A DNA stretch of 64,000 nucleotides, taken from NCBI GenBank assembly GCA_042573625.1, contig JBHPCZ010000001.1:12859-76858 (forward strand). The letters are read 5' to 3'. The notes under the pieces are model-generated. The model saw only the letters and a program-made list of their open reading frames with translations. It was not told the origin of the DNA and ran no database searches. Made by a program: the position numbers and the translations under genes. Shown here in pieces: positions 45,672-53,262 of this stretch (positions are counted from its first letter, which is position 1; each line of letters begins with the position of its first letter). Source of the DNA: Thermodesulfobacteriota bacterium. GTDB taxonomy: Bacteria > Desulfobacterota > Desulfobacteria > Desulfobacterales > UBA11574.

Positions 45672-45977
45672 ATGATGACTTTAGTCTATCCCGAGTTTGC
45701 TGATGAAATCGAACATTTTGGAGAAGGAGCGGCATTGGAATGTTTTAACTGCGGCACATGCGCTGCGATATGTCCCCTTATTTATGAGCACTTCCCTCGG
45801 AGAATGATTCGTTACATTCAGTTGGGTGCCAAAGATCGAATCCTGGAAAACGCCGCCGAACTGTGGCGTTGTCTTCACTGCGGACTCTGCACGCAAACCT
45901 GCCCGAGAGAAGCTGATCCCGGCGAAGTCATTCTTGAATTAAAACGATTTGTTATTGATCACTGGAGGAGGTCCTGA
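45672..45977 (+). CDS. hdrC: HdrC-like 4Fe-4S dicluster protein
   Basis: CFNCGTCAAICP and CLHCGLCTQTCPR. Confidence 0.75.
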   Translation: MMTLVYPEFADEIEHFGEGAALECFNCGTCAAICPLIYEHFPRRMIRYIQLGAKDRILENAAELWRCLHCGLCTQTCPREADPGEVILELKRFVIDHWRRS

Positions 45978-45978
45978 A

Positions 45979-46905
45979 ATGTACAACCCGAGAGATATCA
46001 TCGACCTCATCGCCGACAATGTCGGAAAAACACGAAACCCGTTTGGCATACCGAAATCCCTGGTTAATAATTGGTGGAAAAAGGCAACGGTCAATCGGGA
46101 AGGCGGCGCGCTGCTCTTCACAGGGTTGATGTACCAGTTTGTTCCTTATATTGAAAAATCAACGCGCTATCTGGAACAGTTTGAAGACACATTTTGGGCA
46201 CGTTATATTCGCTTTGCCCAATATGCGCCAAAGCTACTGACAGGATTGGGACTGGCCCTCATTACGCCTGGAGAAGAAAAGTACAAGTCTAATACTATTC
46301 TAAAAAACATTGCCGGAATCCTCACCAAGTCCGGGGTTGATTATTACTACAACCCGGAGTTGGATGACTACAGTGGGATACTTCTTTATGATCTGGGGGA
46401 CCAGGAAAGTTTTGTCCGCCACGCCGAATTTGTTTCAGCCAAACTGAAGCGAGCCGGCGTAAAGAAACTCATCACAGTGGATCCGCATACGACCTACGCA
46501 TTGAAAGTTCTTTTCCCAAAATACATTGGCACAAGTTTTGATGTGAAGGCCTATTTTGAACTGATCGATCTCAGTTCAAAAAATGGTAACGGGCGCGTCA
46601 CCTTACATGATCCCTGCTTTTATGGAAGGTATCTGGAGCTGTCGGACGTGCCGGAAAAAGTTCTTTCAAAACTGGGCATTGAATGTGTGCCCATCAGGAA
46701 CTCCGGACAGTTTACCAACTGCTGCGGTGGACCGGCTGAGTCGATTTCGCCCAAGCTATCCCGGGAGGTTCTCGATCGAAGGGCAGAAGAGCTGCAAGGG
46801 ACCGGCGCACCGATCGTGGCCATGTGCCCCATCTGCCTTGGGCATTTGAAGAAATCCGGCGCAGAAGTCGAAGATTTATCAACGCTGATCGCGAGATGCG
46901 CTTAG
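45979..46905 (+). CDS. hdrB: HdrB-like (CCG-domain) Fe-S protein
   Basis: ATG at 45979 sits 1 nt after the hdrC stop, with GGAGGAGG upstream. CCG-domain motifs (HDPCFYGR..., NCCGGPAE, MCPICLGH). Confidence 0.8.
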   Translation: MYNPRDIIDLIADNVGKTRNPFGIPKSLVNNWWKKATVNREGGALLFTGLMYQFVPYIEKSTRYLEQFEDTFWARYIRFAQYAPKLLTGLGLALITPGEEKYKSNTILKNIAGILTKSGVDYYYNPELDDYSGILLYDLGDQESFVRHAEFVSAKLKRAGVKKLITVDPHTTYALKVLFPKYIGTSFDVKAYFELIDLSSKNGNGRVTLHDPCFYGRYLELSDVPEKVLSKLGIECVPIRNSGQFTNCCGGPAESISPKLSREVLDRRAEELQGTGAPIVAMCPICLGHLKKSGAEVEDLSTLIARCA

Positions 46906-46980
46906 ATGCAGTCTTGAAATCCGTTATGGCCTGTCCGTTATAAATGGTGAATATCGCCAAAGGCGTTGATGATTTTGAAA

Positions 46981-47216
46981 GGGTTCAAGGATTCAAGGGG
47001 CCGAGGATTCGAGTGAAATGCTTTAGAATTACAAAGATCTAAAAGTTTGGCAAAAGTCATACAGGCTCTATTTGGATCTTTATATTATTACAAAAACATT
47101 CCCAAAAGAAGAAAGATGCGGTCTGACATGACAGATCAGAAGGGCCGCTGTATCGATTCCTTCAAATTTGGAGAATAAACGCTTGAGCCCTTGACCCTTT
47201 GAATCCTCGAACCCTC
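46981..47216. mobile_element. decayed four-helix-bundle (23S rRNA IVS-type) element bounded by inverted repeats
   Basis: Left IR GGGTTCAAGGATTCAAGGGGCCGAGGATTCGAG (46981-47013). Right IR GCTTGAGCCCTTGACCCTTTGAATCCTCGAACCCTC (47181-47216). Confidence 0.6.
47026..47190 (+). pseudogene. four-helix-bundle (S23-ribosomal/IVS protein family) pseudogene
   Basis: Reads NYKDLKVWQKSYRLYLDLYIITKTFPKEERCGLT*QIRRAAVSIPSNLENKR. Shows the family signature (DLKVWQK..., LTSQIRRAAVSIP.N), but has no start codon, an in-frame TGA and a truncated C-terminal half. Confidence 0.65.
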
Positions 47217-47307
47217 TTCTCCAACTAAATTGGAGAAGAACCAAAAAGGTTAACCATAGTGCAGTTCTGTAATTATCGCTAATTCAAACAAGGAAAGGAG
47301 ACGAAGC

Positions 47308-47682
47308 ATGAGCGAAAAACAAGAAAAAACTCTCTACATCGGTACGTGTGCAGGTGAAGACCCTGAAAGAGCATCCATGCCCTTTGTCATGGCCAATGCC
47401 GCGCTGGCCATGGATATTCAGGCCACCATCGTGTTGCAGGGCCACGGTGTTTATCTTGCCCAAAAAGGTTACGTTGACAATGTACTCCCCGGAGGGGGAT
47501 TCCCACCGATAAGCAAATTGGTTGCCGAATTCCTGGAACTCGGCGGACAGTTGAGGGTCTGCGTACCCTGTATCAAAGAGCGGAATATTCCTGAATCCGA
47601 TCTGGTTGAAGGTGCGGAAACCACGGCTGCCGGCGCTGTCAATGCCGCAGCACTCGAAGCCGACGCGGTTTTTGTGTATTAA
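47308..47682 (+). CDS. DsrE/DsrF-like family sulfur-relay protein
   Basis: 124 aa. The pattern KTLYIGTCAGEDPERASMPFVMANAALAMD...LRVCVPCIKERNI is typical of the DsrE-like fold. Confidence 0.75.
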   Translation: MSEKQEKTLYIGTCAGEDPERASMPFVMANAALAMDIQATIVLQGHGVYLAQKGYVDNVLPGGGFPPISKLVAEFLELGGQLRVCVPCIKERNIPESDLVEGAETTAAGAVNAAALEADAVFVY

Positions 47683-47824
47683 ATCCGATTGGCGATCGGT
47701 TTTTGGAATGGAAACAAAAGGTCACACTGTTTTATACTATACTCAAGTTTCGGAGGTTTTGCAGAGAGATAATAAGATATCTCTCTGTGATCCTCTGAGG
47801 ATCAAACGTTAGCGAAAGATTCGT

Positions 47825-48067
47825 ATGCAAATCGCAGCCTCTATCAAAGAGTTGAATCTTATCGGTGTTGTCTCGCCGGTATGTATGCTCAAATGTAAAA
47901 GCGAGCTGGCGAGAATGAACGCCGGGGATGTGCTGGAGGTTTTGCTCCAGGATCCCGAGGCCGTTGAAGAACTTGTCAAAATTATCGAACGCTCCAAAGA
48001 TCGGGTAATCTCAAAAGAACACGAAGAAGATCATTATCGGATTCGTGTAAGAAAAGGAAAATCATAA
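47825..48067 (+). CDS. TusA-like (SirA family) protein with a non-canonical active-site motif
   Basis: 80 aa with a TusA-like pattern, but SPVCML stands in place of CPxP. GDVLEVLLQDPEAVEEL. Confidence 0.6.
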   Translation: MQIAASIKELNLIGVVSPVCMLKCKSELARMNAGDVLEVLLQDPEAVEELVKIIERSKDRVISKEHEEDHYRIRVRKGKS

Positions 48068-48077
48068 ATAGAAAGAA

Positions 48078-48485
48078 ATGGAATCCTCTTATACTTGTAT
48101 GAAACATAATATTACCGTTTCCGATGAGCATAACCAATGCCGTGATCCTGAGATTTACTGCAAGTTCCGATCTTCGTGTCCGATATGGTTTATCGACAAG
48201 AGGGGCGGCGAATCGATTGACAAGGATGACGCTGAACAAGAATTAAAACCAAATACGACGGACCACTGTTATCAGGAAAAGGAAAACGACATGCCGAACA
48301 ATGTATATGAATGTGAGAAATGTAACCATTCTTTCGAGAAACTTGTTTTTCAAGTAGACGATGAGCCTGTTGATTGCCCCAAGTGCGGAAACAGCCAATT
48401 GAAAAGGTTAAAATGCGCTGAAAGTTTTATGAGCAGCTCAAGTATCGGCGCCTGCAGTATCAATGCGCCCAAAGGTTTTTCCTGA
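48078..48485 (+). CDS. FmdB-family CxxC-CxxC zinc-ribbon protein with a Cys-rich N-terminal extension (may be two genes; internal ATG at 48291)
   Basis: The C-terminal half MPNNVYECEKCNHSFE...VDCPKCGNSQLKRL is the FmdB regulatory zinc ribbon. The N-terminal 70 aa carry CMKH...CRDPEIYCKFRSSCPIWF. Confidence 0.6.
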   Translation: MESSYTCMKHNITVSDEHNQCRDPEIYCKFRSSCPIWFIDKRGGESIDKDDAEQELKPNTTDHCYQEKENDMPNNVYECEKCNHSFEKLVFQVDDEPVDCPKCGNSQLKRLKCAESFMSSSSIGACSINAPKGFS

Positions 48486-48637
48486 GCCGGATAACGATCT
48501 TGCGGCGGTTCGCCGCGGACACTTTTTTTAAAATATCAGTAAGAGAATTCCTCTCGCAGAGCGGAAGGAACTAGGAAGCTCGCTTGGTGGGAGCATCGAC
48601 CCTGGCCTTGAAAACAGTCGCTATTATACAGTTACCG

Positions 48638-48798
48638 AATATCCAATATCCAACAAGGAATGTCCAATGATGAAGTGCACTCTTCTCTGCCTTTGCCATA
48701 TGACAGCGCCAAATTCCACGGAAAAATCCAACCCAAAGGTAAAAAAGCTGTTTCCCTTCGATATCCGATATTGGATATTGGAAATTCGATATTGAACA
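48638..48798. repeat. inverted ATATTGGA-type repeat element
   Basis: TCCAATATCCAA (48642-48653) is the exact reverse complement of TTGGATATTGGA (48771-48782). Both arms are embedded in further GATAT/ATATC iterations. Confidence 0.7.
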
Positions 48799-48929
48799 CA
48801 TTTGTTGAATGATGCCTCATGTGTCGGGGCACACCCGGATATCATCATTGACTTGCTTTTCGATTTCTGCCATTGATTTTTACGGAATCCGCTTTATCTT
48901 TTTTTATATCAATTTAGAAAGGAACAACC

Positions 48930-50483
48930 ATGCGACCAGTATGTCTGATCATCCGTGACGGATGGGGATACAGCGAGATAGAAGAGGGAAACGCCGTATT
49001 CGCGGCCAATCCGCCGAATATCAACTTTTACAAGGAAAACTATCCCTGGACGCTTCTGGATTGTGCCGGTGAACCGGTCGGTCTTCCCGATGGCTATCAG
49101 GGCTCATCCGAAGTAGGCCACCTCAATATGGGGGCCGGGCGAATCGTCGTCCAGGAACTGACACGCATCGACGACGGCATGCGCACCGGCGAGCTTTTCA
49201 AAGTAGAGAAGTGGAAGAATCTTATCGCCGACTGGAAGGAAAACCAGAGCCGTCTTCACCTCTTTGGACTGTTGCAGGACGAGGGGGTCCATGCCCACCA
49301 GGAACATCTTTTCAAAATCATGCGCCGTGCGCGCCGGGAATATCCCGAAGGCCCCATCATCATACACCCCTTCCTCGACGGCCGAGATACCTCGCCGCGA
49401 AGTTGCCTGGAATACCTGGCAAAGCTCCGGCAGGTGATGGCGGAAGTCGGCGGGTGCACCATCGGTACGATGATGGGGCGTTACTACGGGATGGACCGCT
49501 CCAGAAACTGGGAGCTGACCGATATTGCCTATCACTGCATTGTCAATGGCGAGGGCCGGAAATCTCCGGATGACGAAACCGCGGTTCGGGAATCATATGC
49601 CAAAGACAAGACACCGGACAATGTCGAGATGTTCGATGAATATGTTCCCCCGCATGTAATCGGCAACTATGACGGCGTTAGAGACGGCGATTGCATTCTG
49701 CACACCAACTACCGGCAGGACCGGGCGATCCAGCTCACCATGGCATTTGTCGATCCGAATTACCCCGGAAAACTCAACACCCGGCCAAGCGTGACCTATG
49801 TCGGGCTGACCCGGTATTGGGATGAGTTTACGGAATACATGCTGGGTGCAATGGATGCGGGCGGCGGCATGGAGAACCTGCTCGGCGAGGTCATCTCCAA
49901 TGCGGGCCTAAAACAACTGCGCATTGCTGAAACTCAGAAATTCAGACACGTCACCAGCTTTTTCAACGGCAAATCCACAACGCCTTATAAAAATGAGGAT
50001 CAGGTCGACGTCCCGAGCCGCTTCGACCCGGCAACCTTTGCCAGCCACCCGGAGATGGAGGCGGACCACGTGACCGAAGAATTGCTCCGGCGTCTTGATA
50101 ACAACCCCTATCAGTTCATCGCCGTGAACTACGCCAACGGCGATATGGTCGGCCACACCGGAGACATGGAAGCGGCAACAACGGCGATTGGAATTGTGGA
50201 TGAATGCGTGGGGAAAATTGTCGATCGCCTGCTCGAACTGAACGCGCACATCCTCATCACCGCGGATCACGGCAACTCCGAACAGATGATCGATTACGAT
50301 ACCGGTATGACCAAGACCAGCCACACCCTCAACCCTGTTGAATTGATCTACATTGCCGGCGACGCAAAGGGGAAAAAGCTTCTCAAACACGGCAAGCTAT
50401 CTGACATTGCACCCACAGTGCTGTTTCTATTGGGTTTGGACATACCCGAAGAGATGACCGCTAATAATCTGATCATACCCTAA
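48930..50483 (+). CDS. gpmI: 2,3-bisphosphoglycerate-independent phosphoglycerate mutase
   Basis: 517 aa with SSEVGHLNMGAGRIV, the catalytic Ser motif region. Also GDMVGHTG and TADHGN. Confidence 0.9.
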   Translation: MRPVCLIIRDGWGYSEIEEGNAVFAANPPNINFYKENYPWTLLDCAGEPVGLPDGYQGSSEVGHLNMGAGRIVVQELTRIDDGMRTGELFKVEKWKNLIADWKENQSRLHLFGLLQDEGVHAHQEHLFKIMRRARREYPEGPIIIHPFLDGRDTSPRSCLEYLAKLRQVMAEVGGCTIGTMMGRYYGMDRSRNWELTDIAYHCIVNGEGRKSPDDETAVRESYAKDKTPDNVEMFDEYVPPHVIGNYDGVRDGDCILHTNYRQDRAIQLTMAFVDPNYPGKLNTRPSVTYVGLTRYWDEFTEYMLGAMDAGGGMENLLGEVISNAGLKQLRIAETQKFRHVTSFFNGKSTTPYKNEDQVDVPSRFDPATFASHPEMEADHVTEELLRRLDNNPYQFIAVNYANGDMVGHTGDMEAATTAIGIVDECVGKIVDRLLELNAHILITADHGNSEQMIDYDTGMTKTSHTLNPVELIYIAGDAKGKKLLKHGKLSDIAPTVLFLLGLDIPEEMTANNLIIP

Positions 50484-50487
50484 ATGC

Positions 50488-51852
50488 ATGTCAAATAAAG
50501 CACTGAAAACAAAAGTATTGGTTATCGCGACATGCGCTTCCTTTATGACACCCTTTATGGCTTCTGCCATTTATGTTGCGCTTCCCACTATTGGAAAAGA
50601 TTTGGGAGCTGATGCAGTTCAGATAAGTTGGATATCACTTGCATATCTGCTTGCAGCTGCCATGTTCCTCGTTCCTTTTGGAAGAATCAGTGATATTTAT
50701 GGCAGAAAGAAAATATTTACTTTTGGTATGTCCCTATTTTTAGTAACGGCATTTCTTTCATCAATTGCACCATCCATTTATTTCCTCATTACAGTTAGAG
50801 CGCTTGAAGGCATCGGCGGCGCAATGATATTCGGCACCGGCGTTGCGATGCTTTCTTCAGTTTTTATCGAAGATAGGGGCAAGGCGTTAGGCATAAACGT
50901 CGCGTCTGTCTATACGGGACTGACACTTGGGCCATTTGTAGGCGGAATAATAACACAGCAGTTTGGCTGGAGAGTTTTATTCTTATCCATAATCCCTCTT
51001 GGATTATGGGTGGTTATTCTTTCAACACGGCTTAAACAAGAATGGGCTGACGCCGAAGGAGAAACATTTGATTTCGCGGGTTCCGTTTTCTACTGCATTT
51101 CACTGCTGCTCATCATGGTTGCATTGTCGTTATTGCCCAGTTTGAAAGGATTTGCGATTTTAGGTTTTGGAACCACCGGAATAATACATTTTGTCAGATA
51201 CGAATTTAAAATTGAAAACCCTGTTCTGGATATGGGGCTTTTCAAAAACAAAGGTTTCGCACTTTCCAGCTTATCGGCATTAATTATTTACTGTGCAACA
51301 TTTGCCGTCGGTTTTTTGCTGAGTCTGTATCTGCAGTATATCAAAGGCTTATCCCCTCAAAAAGCCGGAACAGTTCTTATTGCGCAACCCATCATGATGG
51401 CATCCTTTTCACCTCTGTTTGGCAGGCTTTCAGACAAGATAGAACCCAGAATTTTAGCAACAGCAGGACTGATTCTATCAAATGTCGGCTTGATCTTATT
51501 TATTTTTCTCGATCACGATACAACTCTTCTGTATTTAATATCGGGATTGCTGTTTATTGGATTTGGTTTTGCAGTGTTTTCAAGCCCGAATATGAATGCA
51601 ATAATGAGCTCGGTCGAAAATAAATTTTTAGGTGTTGCCGGAAGCACCTTAGCGACAGTGAGATTGTTAGGCCAGATGTTATCAATGGGAACCGCAATGC
51701 TGGTGTTCACCCTGATCATCGGAAGGGTTGAAATTATTCCCCAATACTATCCTTTCTTTTTAAGAAGCGTTAGATTGGCATTCATTATTTTTTCAATCCT
51801 TTGTTTTTCGGGTATTTTTGTGTCAATATCCAGAGGAAAAATAAGAAAATAA
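50488..51852 (+). CDS. MFS transporter (14-TM DHA2/EmrB-like)
   Basis: 454 aa, highly hydrophobic. Contains the MFS motif GRISDIYGRKK. Confidence 0.85.
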   Translation: MSNKALKTKVLVIATCASFMTPFMASAIYVALPTIGKDLGADAVQISWISLAYLLAAAMFLVPFGRISDIYGRKKIFTFGMSLFLVTAFLSSIAPSIYFLITVRALEGIGGAMIFGTGVAMLSSVFIEDRGKALGINVASVYTGLTLGPFVGGIITQQFGWRVLFLSIIPLGLWVVILSTRLKQEWADAEGETFDFAGSVFYCISLLLIMVALSLLPSLKGFAILGFGTTGIIHFVRYEFKIENPVLDMGLFKNKGFALSSLSALIIYCATFAVGFLLSLYLQYIKGLSPQKAGTVLIAQPIMMASFSPLFGRLSDKIEPRILATAGLILSNVGLILFIFLDHDTTLLYLISGLLFIGFGFAVFSSPNMNAIMSSVENKFLGVAGSTLATVRLLGQMLSMGTAMLVFTLIIGRVEIIPQYYPFFLRSVRLAFIIFSILCFSGIFVSISRGKIRK

Positions 51853-51949
51853 ATTGTTTGTCCGATACAACCGAAGAGGCATTTAGAATTTCGGGATACG
51901 ATAGAAAATAAAATTCAGATATTTATTTAAATAACAGGTATTTGGGCAT

Positions 51950-52372
51950 ATGGCGTTAGAATCGAGCAATCATCAGGAGACGAGAAAGCCTTCTCGGAAG
52001 AGAGGTTGTATCATTTTGGTGCTTATCGGAGTGGCACTGGTTTTCTTTGCCTTCTGGCAGATTGGCGAGCCTGCCAGACGGGCGAGGAAAATACACAAAA
52101 ATATCCATCCCGGTATGAATTTTAAAGATGTTGAGAGTTTTATGTCAGGCAGGTACTACTGCGATTATCAGGTCATGGCAGATGGCGAATGGAAGTCGAT
52201 ACAAAGAGTAGAATTCATCAAGCTGCTGGAGCTTGGTACAAAAAATTCGTTTCCCTCTAAACGCCTCTGGCTAACGTTTCTGGGAATGGCACCAGGTCGC
52301 GTGTCCTTTTTTGTAGAATTCGATAGTAGCGGTCGTGTTTCCGAAGTTACAGATCCCCATGGATGGGATTAA
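51950..52372 (+). CDS. hypothetical membrane-anchored protein
   Basis: 140-aa ORF with one N-terminal TM segment (CIILVLIGVALVFFAFW). Confidence 0.5.
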   Translation: MALESSNHQETRKPSRKRGCIILVLIGVALVFFAFWQIGEPARRARKIHKNIHPGMNFKDVESFMSGRYYCDYQVMADGEWKSIQRVEFIKLLELGTKNSFPSKRLWLTFLGMAPGRVSFFVEFDSSGRVSEVTDPHGWD

Positions 52373-52478
52373 CCAAAACAGACTTAACGCCGCAACGGAA
52401 CACTGCTCAACGACCCCTGTCCGTTGAGTTCGCTGGTTAAAAATAACCCTTTTACAAAGCAATCTCTTATAATTTGTT

Positions 52479-52865
52479 ATGGCTATCAAGCTTGAATTTT
52501 GTAATGTGATTGTTCCGGTCGACACAATCCGGGAGAAACTCGGAAATGGAACTTTCGAAAGTCGGTTTGCAAGAATTACGTCCGTCAACTGGCATGACGG
52601 TCATCTCTTCAGGGATGGATGCATGAACCCATGGGATCTTGAAGAAACGCTCGATGAATGGGAAAGTTTGGGGTTTGAACTTCTGACGATAATCGCTGGA
52701 AAAAAGCACTGGAAGGATCTTTGCGTAGTTAACTCGGGGCATGGTCCTTCATATCCATGTGAGTGGATTGAATACGATCCTATAAAGAACATCGTTTGGG
52801 TGAAGGGACGTGAACCTGGAGTTGCTGTAGGGCCGGCTGACCGCAAGGTTGCCGGAGAAGTTTAG
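52479..52865 (+). CDS. hypothetical protein
   Basis: 128-aa ORF with no recognised motif. Confidence 0.45.
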   Translation: MAIKLEFCNVIVPVDTIREKLGNGTFESRFARITSVNWHDGHLFRDGCMNPWDLEETLDEWESLGFELLTIIAGKKHWKDLCVVNSGHGPSYPCEWIEYDPIKNIVWVKGREPGVAVGPADRKVAGEV

Positions 52866-52880
52866 AACGCAGGGAGTTAA

Positions 52881-53252
52881 TTGGCAGATTTATATGGGAA
52901 GATGAAAATGGGGAAAATAGAAAAACAAATAAAATCGGAAATAAAGCAGTTGCCATTTATGCTTGGCAAGTTGATAGGTGGTATTATGGCCGTTATCGGT
53001 TTCCCAGGGGTGATCATTGTTACTAGAAAATCAAACGCGACGTTTTCCGATATGTTACCATATTTTCTTTTGGGGATAATTGGTGTTGGTATTTTTTTAA
53101 TAACTTCCAAGCTGTTTGCAAAACGACTGAATGAAAGTACTCATTCCGCACCAACCTCAAAAGAAAAAAGACAAACCAGTATTATATCTTGGATGATACT
53201 TTTGATCTTTGCAGCAATTTTCATATTAATTACATTCATTATAACCATGTAA
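52881..53252 (+). CDS. hypothetical membrane protein
   Basis: 123-aa ORF (TTG start; ATG alternatives a few codons in) with three hydrophobic segments. Confidence 0.45.
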   Translation: MADLYGKMKMGKIEKQIKSEIKQLPFMLGKLIGGIMAVIGFPGVIIVTRKSNATFSDMLPYFLLGIIGVGIFLITSKLFAKRLNESTHSAPTSKEKRQTSIISWMILLIFAAIFILITFIITM

Positions 53253-53262
53253 GAATGCGCTT

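Noticed and set aside
48571-48848. Three overlapping minus-strand ORFs (66-76 aa)
   Set aside because: All three frames are open over an inverted-repeat element. The peptides (..NIQYRISK.., ..SLLDIGYSV..) are translations of the ATATTGGA iterations.
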